64,000 nucleotides of DNA from Alphaproteobacteria bacterium. Lineage in GTDB: Bacteria; Pseudomonadota; Alphaproteobacteria; SHVV01. The stretch is from NCBI GenBank assembly GCA_965261735.1, contig OZ253470.1, forward strand, positions 1,696,001 to 1,760,000, in the 5' to 3' direction. Position numbers and translations under genes: made by a program. Positions 9,839-19,634 of this stretch are shown here, in pieces. The notes beneath the pieces were generated by a model. It had not been told where the DNA came from. It ran no database searches and saw only the letters and a list, made by a program, of their open reading frames with translations. Numbering within the stretch: position 1 is the stretch's first letter; each line of letters starts with the position of its first letter.

Positions 9839-9858
9839 CAGGCCATCCTCGCCATTGT

Positions 9859-11019
9859 CTATTCCGCCGCGGCCGCCCGCGCTTCGCCGTAGCCCCATTC
9901 GAGCCACGGCAGCAGGGCTTCGACGTCGTCCCGCTCCACCGTCGCGCCGCCCCAAATCCGCAGGCTCGGTGGCGCATCGCGGTGGTTGGCGATGTCGTAG
10001 GCCACGCCCTCGTCCTCGAGGCGAGCCGCGAGCCGCTTCACGACCGCGCGCTGGTCGGCCTCGTCGAGGCCGGTGAACCACTCGTCGACGAACTTGAGGC
10101 AGATCGAGGTCGACGACCGCGTCGCCGGCTCGGCGGCCAGGAAATCAACCCAAGAGCGCGCCTCCACCCACCGCGCCACGGCGGCCAGGTTGGCGGCGCT
10201 GCGCGCGACCATCTCGGCATGGCCGCCGATGCTCTCGGCCCAGCGCAGCGCGTCGAGCACGTCCTCGACGCACAGCAGCGAGGGCGTGTTGATGGTCTGG
10301 CCGGCGAACAGGCCCTCGTTGAGCTTGCCGCCCTTGGTGAGGCGGAAGACCTTGGGCAGCGGCCACGGCGGCGTGTAGGACTCGAGCCGGGCGACCGCGC
10401 GCGGGCTCAAGATCAGCATCCCGTGCGCGGCCTCGCCGCCGAGCACCTTCTGCCACGAGTAGGTGGCGACGTCGAGCTGCGGCCACGGCAGGTCCATGGC
10501 GAACACCGCCGAGGTCGCGTCGCACAGGGTCAGGCCCTCGCGGTCGGGCTCGATCCAGTCGGCGTTCGGCACCCTGACGCCCGATGTCGTGCCGTTCCAG
10601 GTGAAGACCACGTCACGATCGCCGTCGACGCCCGAGAGGTCGGGGAGCGCACCGTAGGGCGCCCGGAAGAACCGGGCATCGTCGAGCTTGAGTTCGTCGG
10701 CCACGTCGGCGAGCCAGCCGAGGCCGAAGCTGTCCCAGGCGAGGACGTCGACGCCACGGGCGCCGAGCAGCGACCATATCGCCATCTCGAAGGCGCCGGT
10801 ATCCGAGCCCGGCACGAGGCCGATGCGGTAGTCGGGCGGGAGGCCGAGGAGCGCGCGGCTGCGCTCCAGCACCTCGGTGAGCTTGTCGAGGCCGGCCGGG
10901 GCGCGGTGAGAGCGCCCGAGGCACGCCGCTTCGAGGGCGGCCGGCGACCAACCGGGGCGTTTGGCGCAGGGACCGGATGAAAAATGCGGCCTCTCGGGCC
11001 GCGCGGAAGGCGTCAACAC
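9859..11019 (-). CDS. serC: Phosphoserine aminotransferase (alphaproteobacterial type)
   Basis: [28 protein letters not shown]; GTG/TTG start after AGGGAGA. Confidence 0.95.
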   Translation of the reverse strand: MLTPSARPERPHFSSGPCAKRPGWSPAALEAACLGRSHRAPAGLDKLTEVLERSRALLGLPPDYRIGLVPGSDTGAFEMAIWSLLGARGVDVLAWDSFGLGWLADVADELKLDDARFFRAPYGALPDLSGVDGDRDVVFTWNGTTSGVRVPNADWIEPDREGLTLCDATSAVFAMDLPWPQLDVATYSWQKVLGGEAAHGMLILSPRAVARLESYTPPWPLPKVFRLTKGGKLNEGLFAGQTINTPSLLCVEDVLDALRWAESIGGHAEMVARSAANLAAVARWVEARSWVDFLAAEPATRSSTSICLKFVDEWFTGLDEADQRAVVKRLAARLEDEGVAYDIANHRDAPPSLRIWGGATVERDDVEALLPWLEWGYGEARAAAAE

Positions 11020-11020
11020 A

Positions 11021-11100
11021 CTCTCCCTTGCAGAAGAGACGCGGCCCGTTGGGGGGCCGTGGCCCGCCGCGGATACTAGGGGCTGCCGGTTAAATGTCAA
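11021..11100 (-). promoter_or_regulatory. serC sigma70 promoter and structured 5' leader
   Basis: TTGACA-16-TAGTAT (11100-11073) followed by hairpins CGGCCC/GGGCCG and TCTCTT/AAGGGAGA, the second covering the RBS. Confidence 0.6.
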
Positions 11101-11198
11101 TTACGATGGGCGTTGGCGGGCGCGGTCTCGCGGTTGACAGGCGCACGCCGGCATGGCTCCGTCTCGCGGACCCGCCTGCTCGAGACGGACCGACCTCG

Positions 11199-12332
11199 AT
11201 GATCCCCTGCCAGCGCCACCTGTTCGATATCCCCGCGGAGGTCGCGTATCTCAACTGCGCCTACCTGTCGCCGCTGCCCAATGCGGTGCGCGAGGCGGGG
11301 ATCACCGGCGTGCGCCGCAAGGCGAGCCCATGGGAGCTGCTGCCGGAGCATTTTTTCGATGAGTCGGAGGCGGCGCGCGGGCTGTTCGCGGCGCTCCTCG
11401 GCGCGACCGCCGACGATGTGGCGATTCAGCCCTCCGTCAGCTACGGGCTCGCGATCGCGGGACGCAATCTCGCGCTCGATGCGGGCGACTCAATACTCGT
11501 GCTGGCCGAGCAGTTCCCCTCCAATGTCTATCCCTGGCGCGAGCTCGCGCGCGATCGCGAGGCGCGCATCGTCAGCGTGCCCGTGCCCGTGGAAGGCTCG
11601 TGGACCGATGCCATCCTCGGGCTGCTCGACGAGCGTGTCCGCATCGCGGCCCTACCGCACTGCCACTGGATCGACGGCGGCCTGATCGACCTCGAGGCGG
11701 TCGGCGCGCGCTGCCGCGACGTCGGCGCGGCATTGGTGGTGGACGCCACGCAGTCGCTCGGCGCGCTGCCGTTCGATGTCACGGCGGTCCAACCCGACTT
11801 TCTCGTCGCTGCCACCTACAAGTGGTTGTTCGGTCCCTACAGCCTCGGCTTCCTCTATGTCGCGCCACGCCATCAGGACGGCCGGCCGCTCGAGCACAAT
11901 TGGATCGCGCGCGCGGGCGCCGAGGACTTCGCCCGCCTGATCGACTACCGCGACGCCTTCCAGCCGGGCGCGCGGCGCTTCGACGTCGGCGAGCGCTCGA
12001 ACTTCACGCTGATGCCGATGGCCTGCGCCGCCCTGCGCCAGGTGCACGATTGGGGCGTGCCCGAGATCGCGGCAACGCTTCGCGCCCTCACCGACCGGAT
12101 CGCGGCGCGGGCGGAGGCGCTGGGGTGGAGCGCGCTGCCGCCCGGGTTGCGCGCCCCCCACTATCTCGGGCTCAGCCACGCCGGCGGGGTCCCGCCCGGG
12201 CTCGCCGAGCGCCTGGCGGCCGAGCACATCTACGTCAGTGTCCGCGGCGCCGCGATGCGGGTCACTCCCCACCTCTACAACAACGACCCCGACCTCGACC
12301 GTCTGTTCGCGGTGCTGGGGGCTGAAGCGTAA
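11199..12332 (+). CDS. Aminotransferase class V PLP enzyme (cysteine desulfurase/kynureninase-like)
   Basis: YLNCAY, EQFPSN, VDATQSLG, TYKWLFGP, RVTPHLYN. Confidence 0.9.
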   Translation: MIPCQRHLFDIPAEVAYLNCAYLSPLPNAVREAGITGVRRKASPWELLPEHFFDESEAARGLFAALLGATADDVAIQPSVSYGLAIAGRNLALDAGDSILVLAEQFPSNVYPWRELARDREARIVSVPVPVEGSWTDAILGLLDERVRIAALPHCHWIDGGLIDLEAVGARCRDVGAALVVDATQSLGALPFDVTAVQPDFLVAATYKWLFGPYSLGFLYVAPRHQDGRPLEHNWIARAGAEDFARLIDYRDAFQPGARRFDVGERSNFTLMPMACAALRQVHDWGVPEIAATLRALTDRIAARAEALGWSALPPGLRAPHYLGLSHAGGVPPGLAERLAAEHIYVSVRGAAMRVTPHLYNNDPDLDRLFAVLGAEA

Positions 12333-12355
12333 GGGCGGGCAGAGTAGTAGGGAGT

Positions 12356-12788
12356 TTAGCCTCCCAAGGAACCACCCATTGCCGCAGTATGAACTTCAAG
12401 AAACTGTTTGGCCAACATTGTGCCGATCATTTCCTCAAGCTTCGATACGTCTATCTTCCCGTCGGCATACGCTCGATCGGCGGCCTCCAGCGCTTCATAA
12501 TAGGGGCGTTTATCGGTCGCGATCTGCGCTGGGATCGTGCTTTCCCCGGGTAGTCTGTAGCCTACTCTAATGCACAGGGCCGCATAGGAAACGGCGCGCG
12601 CGGTTCGTCCGTTGGCTTTGCGATATCTCCATCGCGTGCGGGCGATACACGCCATCGACAAGGTCAAGAACCGAGTCGAATTGGTGCAGCGCATTCCGCG
12701 CCTCCAGACGTGCTATTTGTTCGCGGTCGGTGGGCAGTTCGGCACGGCGAGGTACGCTCTCGCGTTCAAACTCAGGTTTCTTCGCCAT
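12356..12788 (-). pseudogene. Fic-domain toxin remnant with internal deletion(s) and frameshift
   Basis: N-terminal EARNALHQFD is in one frame and ANGRTARAVSY (half of HPFxxGNGRxxR) in another; HPF is missing. Confidence 0.8.
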
Positions 12789-12909
12789 CTTCCTCGGCTA
12801 ATGCGTCCGCTTCCCGATCAATCGTTTCGCGCGTGATGTCTTCGTTTTCGATCTTCGTGTTGCCATACGCGAAACTTCGCCGCTGCTCCTCCTGTTCCTC
12901 CGGCGTCAT
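12772..12909 (-). CDS. Small Fic antitoxin-like protein (45 aa; not in ORF track)
   Basis: MTPEEQEEQRRSFAYGNTKIENEDITRETID...; NTKIEN resembles the inhibitory (S/T)xxxE(G/N) motif; overlaps the Fic start and has an ATGA overlap with the upstream gene. Confidence 0.7.
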   Translation of the reverse strand: MTPEEQEEQRRSFAYGNTKIENEDITRETIDREADALAEEDGEET

Positions 12910-13844
12910 CCGAACTGGCCGAGGATCCAGCCCTCGATGCGGCGCACGTTCCTGTCGTCGGGGTCGCCCGGCGGGCGCCGGCCGAGGACGACGTTGAGCA
13001 TGCCGAGCACGCCGACGGTGGCATCGAACCTGTCCTCGCCGTCCACACCCGTGTGGAAGCCTCGATCGAGCAGCGCGACGAGGTCGCTATCCAGGGCGAC
13101 GCCCGCGTCGCGCGCCCACGCCGCGAGAACCTGCCCCTTGGCCGCACGATCCTCGCTCACGCGTTTGCTCCAGCGCTTCCGGTCCGCGCGCAGGCCGAGG
13201 TGGCCGTAGAACTCCCCGGGGTAGGATTCGGCCACGACGACGCGGCCGGGCGCGAATTCGATTGCGCCGGTAAACGGCCACAGGACGAGGTCCTGGTCCC
13301 CGGCCCGAAGCGCCGGCGCCAGCAGGTCGCGCCAGCCGATGATCGCCGACTTGCCGACCTGCTTGGGTCCGAGCGTCCAGAACAGCGGCGCGGCCGCGGG
13401 CCGCGTGCTCGTCGGGTGGTCGCAGCGGCGCATCAGCTCTGCCGTATCGGCGAGCCCGAGCGCCGCGACGAGCTGGCGTCGGTTGGTGCCGCCCGGGCGG
13501 TCGGGGAAGAAGGGCCGGCGCGGGTTGACTTCCTTCGGTGTTCCGGCGACGTCGTAGAAGCGGCTCCATCGGCCACGGCCGAGCCGGGGCAGGGCGCGGG
13601 CGAAATCGGCGATACCGATCAGGCGCGCATGGGCCGCAGGCAGGCCGAGCGGGAAATCGAAGCCGGCGAAGACGGCGCCGGACGGCCCGGCGAGCGCGCG
13701 CATCCGCTCGAACAGGGTCGCGAGTGGGCCCACAGGCTCGGGTGCCCCGACGCGCCAGCGCCCGCGCACGAAGTGGGCCCGGCACATCCAGCGCCGGCGC
13801 GCATCGACGCTCCAGTCGGCATGAACGACGAGGCCGGGGCGCAT
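12906..13844 (-). CDS. DUF429-like predicted RNase H-fold nuclease
   Basis: HADWS, GFDFPLG, ESYP, EDRFDA, EGWILG motifs. Confidence 0.75.
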   Translation of the reverse strand: MRPGLVVHADWSVDARRRWMCRAHFVRGRWRVGAPEPVGPLATLFERMRALAGPSGAVFAGFDFPLGLPAAHARLIGIADFARALPRLGRGRWSRFYDVAGTPKEVNPRRPFFPDRPGGTNRRQLVAALGLADTAELMRRCDHPTSTRPAAAPLFWTLGPKQVGKSAIIGWRDLLAPALRAGDQDLVLWPFTGAIEFAPGRVVVAESYPGEFYGHLGLRADRKRWSKRVSEDRAAKGQVLAAWARDAGVALDSDLVALLDRGFHTGVDGEDRFDATVGVLGMLNVVLGRRPPGDPDDRNVRRIEGWILGQFG

Positions 13845-13866
13845 CGTAGCCAGCGGCGCCCGCGCT

Positions 13867-15579
13867 TTAGCGCTCGGTGAGCTTGAGCTCGATACGGCGG
13901 TTGCGGCGATAGGCGATCTCGTCGTCGCGGGGATCGAGCGGCTGAAACTCGGCGAAGCCGGCGGCGGCGATGCGCTCGGACGGAATGCCCTCGCTGATCA
14001 GGAAGCGGGTGACCGAGATCGCGCGCGCCGTCGACAGCTCCCAGTTGGACGGAAACTGGAAGGTGCTGATGGGTATCTTGTCGGTGTGGCCGTCGATGCG
14101 CAGGACCCAGGGAATGTCGGCGGGAATGCGGGCCGCGATCTCGAGCAGGGTCCGCGCCAGCGCGGCGAGCTGTATTTGTCCCTCGGCGCCGAGCTCGGCC
14201 GAGCCTGACGCGAACAGGACCTCGGACTGGAAGACGAAGCGGTCGCCGACGATGGTGATGTCGCGGCGCTCGCCGAGCACCTCGCGCAGCCGGCCGAAGA
14301 ACTCCGAGCGATAGCGCGACAGCTCCTCCACCTTTCGCGCGAGCGCGAGGTTCAGGCGGCGCCCGAGATCGACGATCGTGGACTTCTGCTCGGCATCGAG
14401 CGCTTCCGACACTTCGAGCGCGGCCTCGAGCCGCTGCAGCTGCTGGCGCAGGGTCTGGACCTGCTGGTTGAGGACGCTGATTTGGTCGTTGGCGCGCGCC
14501 GACAGGTCCCTCTCGGCGGCGAGATCGGCCTGCACCTCGGCGGCGCGCTCGCGCAACTCGGCGAGGCCGATCTCGCGCTCCTCGATGGTTTTTTGCGCGA
14601 GCAGGGTGCGCTCGCGCTCGTCGTCGAGCCGCGCCTCGAGCTCGGCCGAGCGGTCGCGCGCCGCCGCCGCGGCATCGCGGCTGTCGTCGAGAGCGCCGGC
14701 GAGCCGGCCGACCTCGGCCTCGAGATCGCGGCGGAGCAGGCGTAGGCTGTCGACGTCCGCCTTCAGGCTTACCAGCTCCCGCAACTGAAGCTCGACCGTC
14801 GCTTTGTCGGCCTCGATCGTGCGCTCGGCCTCCTTTAGGCTCTCTTCGAGCCGGGCGCGGATGTCGCGCAGCGCTGCCACGTCCTGCTTTAGCCGAGCGA
14901 GCTCGAGCACCTGCACCTCGATGGTTTCCCTGTCGGCGGTGATCGTGCGCTGAGCCTCGTTGAGGCTCTCCTCGAGCCTGTTGCGGAGGTCGCGGAGTTC
15001 GGCGACGTCGTTGCGCAGCCGCGCCAGGGTGCCGACCTGAAGCTCGATCGTCTCGCGATCGGCGGCGATGGTGCGCTGGGCTTCGCTCAAGCCGGCCTCG
15101 GCACCTTCGGCGCGGGCCGTCATGTCGTCGAGGTCGAGCACGAGTTCATCGAGGCGCAGCGACATTCGGACGCGCTCCGCCTCCTCGGCGGCGAGCTGTT
15201 CGCCCGCCTGGCTCAGCTTGGTCTCGGCGGTCTCGGCGCGCGCCGTCATTTGCCGGTACTCGAGCGACAGTTCGTCGAACCGGACCGTGAGCGCATCCCG
15301 GGCGACCGCCGAGTCCTGTAGGGAGGCCGAGAGCTGGGCGATGTTGAGCCGCATTTCGGTGTTGGCCTGACGCTCCAGCGAGAGCAGGTCGCCGAGCTCG
15401 CTCACCTGCCGGGTGAGCCGGGCCAGCGCCTCGTCGCGCCCCGACAGCGCCTGGCTCAAGAAGAACTGCGCCAGCATGAAGACGACCAACAGAAAGATGA
15501 TCGCCAGCAAAAGGGTGCTGAGGGCGTCGACGAAGCCCGGCCAGATATCGTTGCTGCGCTGGGTGCGGGCGCGCGCCAT
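13867..15579 (-). CDS. MotB/OmpA-like peptidoglycan-binding membrane protein with long coiled coil
   Basis: WPGFVDALSTLL TM segment with conserved Asp; C-terminal DGHTD..NWELSTARA..NRRIEL. Confidence 0.9.
   Translation of the reverse strand: MARARTQRSNDIWPGFVDALSTLLLAIIFLLVVFMLAQFFLSQALSGRDEALARLTRQVSELGDLLSLERQANTEMRLNIAQLSASLQDSAVARDALTVRFDELSLEYRQMTARAETAETKLSQAGEQLAAEEAERVRMSLRLDELVLDLDDMTARAEGAEAGLSEAQRTIAADRETIELQVGTLARLRNDVAELRDLRNRLEESLNEAQRTITADRETIEVQVLELARLKQDVAALRDIRARLEESLKEAERTIEADKATVELQLRELVSLKADVDSLRLLRRDLEAEVGRLAGALDDSRDAAAAARDRSAELEARLDDERERTLLAQKTIEEREIGLAELRERAAEVQADLAAERDLSARANDQISVLNQQVQTLRQQLQRLEAALEVSEALDAEQKSTIVDLGRRLNLALARKVEELSRYRSEFFGRLREVLGERRDITIVGDRFVFQSEVLFASGSAELGAEGQIQLAALARTLLEIAARIPADIPWVLRIDGHTDKIPISTFQFPSNWELSTARAISVTRFLISEGIPSERIAAAGFAEFQPLDPRDDEIAYRRNRRIELKLTER
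14713..15090 (-). repeat. Three 126-bp (42-aa) tandem coding repeats
   Basis: LSEAQRTIAADRETIELQ / LNEAQRTITADRETIEVQ / LKEAERTIEADKATVELQ begin at 15090, 14964 and 14838. Confidence 0.85.
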
Positions 15580-15600
15580 GGGGTCGGCCGCGCGTCGCGG

Positions 15601-16743
15601 CTAGTCGCGCCCCCCGGCGACGCCGGCGACGGTGCGGGCGAGCAGCCTGATCTCGCTGCGAATATCGTCCGCGAGTTGCACCCGGCCCTGCGCCGACTCC
15701 TCGAGCAGGCGCATGACGTAAACATCGAGGTTGCGCAGGTGGGCGCGGCTCGCATGATCGAGGCCGGCATCGGAGGCCCGCTCGGTCGCCTCGGCGAGCC
15801 GCTGCAGCACCGGCTTCACCTCCATTTGGGTCTCGACCAGCTTGACCATGAGATCCTGCTCGGCCCGCATTTGGTCGGTCAGGGTAGCTAGCCGGTCGGC
15901 GAGCGCCATCAACGTGGCGTTGGCCGACACGCGGCCATCCTCGCCCCGCGAGAGGGCGCGCTGCAGGTTCTCGACACTATCGGCGGTCTGTTCGAGCAGG
16001 GCGCTGATATAGGCCGGCACCGACTGATCGCCTTCGCCGATCGCGCCGCTCGACAACCGCGTGATGCTCGACAGCCATTCCTCGAGATCGTTGTAGAAAC
16101 GATTTTGCGCCTGACCGGCCTGGAGATCGAGGAACCCCAGGACCAGCGACCCGGAAAGCCCGAACAACGACGACGAAAAGGCGGTTCCCATTCCCGACAA
16201 CGGCGCCTCGAGCCCGCTCAGCAGGTTGGCGAATAGGGTCTCGAAGTCGCCGGCCCCGACCGACAGGTCGCCGATCGTCGCACTGACCGCTGCCACGGTC
16301 TCGAGCAGACCCCAAAACGTGCCGAGCAGCCCGAGGAAGATGAGCAGGCCGATGAGGTAGCGCGAAATATCGCGCGCTTCGTCGAGGCGCGAGCTGATGC
16401 TGTCGAGCAGGCTGCGCAGCGACTGGGCCGACAACGACATGCGCGCGCCGCCGCGCTCGCCGAGCATGGACGCCATTGGCGCCACCAGCACCGGCGGCTG
16501 CTGTATCGAGAGCCCGGGCTCGTTGCGGCGGTACGTTTCGATCCACTCGACTTCGGGCCGGAGCTTGAGGACCTGACGGAAGGCATAGGCGATGCCGAGC
16601 ACCATGACGCCAAGGATCACGCCGTTGAGCTCCGGACGGGCGAGAAACGCCCGCTCCAGCGACTGGTAAAGGACGGCCGCCAGGATCACCACCGCGACGA
16701 CGAACACGATCATGCGTGTGAGATATCGCTGCGGTTGCGTCAT
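15601..16743 (-). CDS. MotA/TolQ/ExbB-like membrane protein with helical tail
   Basis: LGLLGTFWGL and GMGTAFSSSLFG channel helices; directly upstream of the MotB-like gene. Confidence 0.88.
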   Translation of the reverse strand: MTQPQRYLTRMIVFVVAVVILAAVLYQSLERAFLARPELNGVILGVMVLGIAYAFRQVLKLRPEVEWIETYRRNEPGLSIQQPPVLVAPMASMLGERGGARMSLSAQSLRSLLDSISSRLDEARDISRYLIGLLIFLGLLGTFWGLLETVAAVSATIGDLSVGAGDFETLFANLLSGLEAPLSGMGTAFSSSLFGLSGSLVLGFLDLQAGQAQNRFYNDLEEWLSSITRLSSGAIGEGDQSVPAYISALLEQTADSVENLQRALSRGEDGRVSANATLMALADRLATLTDQMRAEQDLMVKLVETQMEVKPVLQRLAEATERASDAGLDHASRAHLRNLDVYVMRLLEESAQGRVQLADDIRSEIRLLARTVAGVAGGRD

Positions 16744-16809
16744 CGCCCTGTCTCTACGCCGGCGCGAGCGGCGTTGCCATGGGAGCCGGGTCGCACGCGG
16801 CGTGCGTTC

Positions 16810-17940
16810 TTACTTGGAGAGGTAGACGACGTCCACCCGCTCCTGCGGGCCGTCGTCGTTCGCGGCACCGAGAGCCCGGACATCGATGCGCGTGCTCTTT
16901 ACGCCTCGCTCGATGAGGAAGGTGCGCACCGCGAGGGCGCGCTGCAGGGACAACCGTCGTGTCGCGCTGACCGCCCCGCCTGACGTTCCGGCGAAGGCCT
17001 TGAGCTGAAGGCGGCCGCTATCGGCGCCCATGCGCCCGGCAAGGTCGGTCAGATTATTTTTGGCGGCAACGCTGATATCGGTCTCGGCGCCGCTGAAGGT
17101 GACCTGCAAAGCAACGCGGTCGGGAATGAGCTGGGCCGACGGAGTCCGCGCCGCCACCGCGACCGGCGCGCTTGGCGGTGGCGACTTGGCGGCGGGTGGC
17201 GTGACGCTCGGCGGCGGCGGCGGCGGCGCGACGGGCTTCGGGGTCGGTGCCGCGACCAATGGCGCGCGCACGATCTTGGGGCGCGGTGCGGGCGGCGGCG
17301 CGGCGCGCTTGGTGGTCGCCGGCGTCACGGCCGGGGGCGGGCTGAGCGCGGCCGTGGCCACCACGGGCTTCGGCGCGGCGGGCGCCCGCGCCTCGGGCGC
17401 CGGCTGTACTGCCGGTGCCACCACCGCAGCGGCCGTTCTGCGCGGCTCCGGCGCCATCTCACCGCTCGCAACCTCGGCGGGGAACAACACGGCGGGGACG
17501 CGCGGCACGGGTGGGCGCGCCGGCGTCGCCTCGGGTGTTGCCGATTTCTCTTCGGCCGGAGGCGCCGGCGAATCGGTCGTCGGTGTGCGCGTTGTCGGGG
17601 GTCGACGCTTGGCGGCGCCAGGTTGTGGCCGCGGTTGCGGCGCGACCTCGGGATAGCGGGGGCCGCCGCTCGGTAGGGTCTGCACGCGGATACGGGGTCG
17701 GCCGGGCGTCGCTTCCGCCGGCGCTAGCGCGGTCACGTCGACCTCCACCGCCGGGAGCCCACTCCCCCCAACAAAGACGGTGCCGTCCGTCGCGCTCGTC
17801 CGGTTAGTCGCAGAGACGGTTTCCTGGGCGTTGGCCGGGCTCGGAGCGACAGCCATCAGCGTCGCCGCAGCTGCGCCGAACAGGGTCGCACAGGGCCGGC
17901 CAAACCAGCCCCAGCGGAGCCGCGCTATCCTCAACGGCAC
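16810..17940 (-). CDS. Secreted Pro/Ala-rich protein with C-terminal OmpA-like domain
   Basis: Signal peptide ending ANA; long Pro-rich linker; RRLSLQRALAVR..RIDVRALG..ERVDV. Confidence 0.82.
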   Translation of the reverse strand: MPLRIARLRWGWFGRPCATLFGAAAATLMAVAPSPANAQETVSATNRTSATDGTVFVGGSGLPAVEVDVTALAPAEATPGRPRIRVQTLPSGGPRYPEVAPQPRPQPGAAKRRPPTTRTPTTDSPAPPAEEKSATPEATPARPPVPRVPAVLFPAEVASGEMAPEPRRTAAAVVAPAVQPAPEARAPAAPKPVVATAALSPPPAVTPATTKRAAPPPAPRPKIVRAPLVAAPTPKPVAPPPPPPSVTPPAAKSPPPSAPVAVAARTPSAQLIPDRVALQVTFSGAETDISVAAKNNLTDLAGRMGADSGRLQLKAFAGTSGGAVSATRRLSLQRALAVRTFLIERGVKSTRIDVRALGAANDDGPQERVDVVYLSK

Positions 17941-18025
17941 ATTCCTCGCCTTTTTGGACGCCCACACGCTCCAGCAAAATAGCTTAGGGACCATCCCAGG
18001 ACAACCGGTTTGGCTGGCGAAACCC

Positions 18026-18826
18026 TTACTGCGAGGGCGTTGCGGCGCGCAGCAGTTCACCCAGCGGCGCCACGAGGCTGTCGTTGGCGGCCAGGATATC
18101 GCCGCTCGCGAGCATGGCGTCACCGCCGCTCGTCTCGCTGACATAGCCGCCGGCCTCGCGGACGATCACGATGCCGGCGGCGATGTCCCAGGGGTTGAGA
18201 TTGGTTTCCCAGAAACCGTCGTAGCGCCCGGCGCCGACGTAGGCGAGGTCGAGGGCCGCCGCGCCAAAGCGCCGCAGGCCCGCGGCGCCCGCCATGACCG
18301 CCTCGAGCCGGGCCAGGAACGCGTCGTGCTCGGGGCGGCCGAGATGGGGAATGCCGGTCGCGAAGACCGCCTCTTCGAGGCGCCGGCGCGCCGAGACGCG
18401 CAGGCGCCGACCGTTGAGGTACGCGCCCGCTCCGCGCTCGGCCCAGAACAGCTCGTCGCGCAGCGGATCGAACACCGTGCCCGCGACCAGCTCGCCGTCG
18501 CGCTCGAGGGCGATCGACAGGCAGAAGTGGGGGATGCCGTGCAGGTAGTTGGTGGTGCCGTCGAGGGGATCGATGAGCCAACGGTGGCGCCCGTCACCGG
18601 CGATCTCGCCGCGCTTCTCGCAGAGAAAGCCGTAGCCCGGCCGGGCGCGCTCCAACTCGCGCAGCAGCACCTGCTCGGAGCGCCGATCGGCGGCGGTGAC
18701 GAAATCGGCTGGGCCTTTGAGCGATACCTGGAGTTGCTCGACCTCGCCGAAATCCCGGATCAGGCCGCGCGCCGCCTTCGTCGCGGCGCCCGCCATGACG
18801 TTGATGAGCGCCGACCTCAAGGCCAT
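18026..18826 (-). CDS. suhB: Inositol monophosphatase family protein
   Basis: DFVTAAD, WLIDPLDGTTNY, WDIAAG. Confidence 0.93.
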   Translation of the reverse strand: MALRSALINVMAGAATKAARGLIRDFGEVEQLQVSLKGPADFVTAADRRSEQVLLRELERARPGYGFLCEKRGEIAGDGRHRWLIDPLDGTTNYLHGIPHFCLSIALERDGELVAGTVFDPLRDELFWAERGAGAYLNGRRLRVSARRRLEEAVFATGIPHLGRPEHDAFLARLEAVMAGAAGLRRFGAAALDLAYVGAGRYDGFWETNLNPWDIAAGIVIVREAGGYVSETSGGDAMLASGDILAANDSLVAPLGELLRAATPSQ

Positions 18827-18846
18827 GATGCGCCCAGCACCCTGGC

Positions 18847-19413
18847 TCAGGCGTCGGCGCGCTTGGCGTAGGTGGCGTCGGCGGTGTTGACGACGACGCG
18901 GTCGCCCGCGGCAATGAACGGCGGCACCATGACGCGCACGCCGTTCTCGAGCAGCGCCGGCTTGTAGGAGGCGGCCGCCGTTTGACCCTTGACCACCGGC
19001 TCGGTCTCGGTCACCGCCATGACCACCGTGTCGGGAAGCTGAACCCCGAGCGGCTCGCCCTCGTAGCCCTCGACGGTAACGATCATGCTGTCCTGCAGGA
19101 ACGCGGCGGCCTCGCCGATGAGATCGCTCGACAGCGTAATCTGCTCGTAGGTCTCGGTGTCCATGAAGCTCAACATGTCGCCATCGGCATAGAGAAACTG
19201 GTGCGACTTCTGATCGAGGCGCACGCGCTCGACGTCCTCCGAGGCCCGGAAGCGCTCGTTGAGCTTGCTCCCGTCGCGCACGTTCCTGAGCTCGACCTGC
19301 AGGTAGGCGCCGCCCTTGCCGGGCTGAGTATGCTGAATCTTGACCGCCACCCAGAGCTTGTTCTGGTGCTCGATCACCATGCCGGGACGAACGGCGTTGC
19401 CGCTGATCTTCAT
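18847..19413 (-). CDS. efp: Elongation factor P
   Basis: [25 protein letters not shown]. Confidence 0.97.
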   Translation of the reverse strand: MKISGNAVRPGMVIEHQNKLWVAVKIQHTQPGKGGAYLQVELRNVRDGSKLNERFRASEDVERVRLDQKSHQFLYADGDMLSFMDTETYEQITLSSDLIGEAAAFLQDSMIVTVEGYEGEPLGVQLPDTVVMAVTETEPVVKGQTAAASYKPALLENGVRVMVPPFIAAGDRVVVNTADATYAKRADA

Positions 19414-19511
19414 GGGCGTCACATCACGGAGATTTGGTTTGGTTACCGGGGTTTCGGCGCGCCGAGCGCCATTTCCAGCGTGTTGACAACGGCTCGGCAG
19501 ACGCGGCGCGG

Positions 19512-19540
19512 ATTCTATCACCTCACCCGGGGCGAATCAA
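19512..19540 (-). promoter_or_regulatory. sigma70-like promoter of the efp operon
   Basis: TTGATT-17-TAGAAT. Confidence 0.55.
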
Positions 19541-19634
19541 ACGCGGCGCTTGCCGGGCGCCCGCATTCGACGCTAGAACATCCGGCTGGAGCGGGCCCCA
19601 CGGCGGGCGCCCGGCCCCTGGAGGGGAGGAAGGC

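Noticed and set aside
13867-16743. Calling the MotA/MotB-like pair a Zorya system or flagellar stator
   Set aside because: No ZorC/D/E or flagellar genes, and it sits in a housekeeping context
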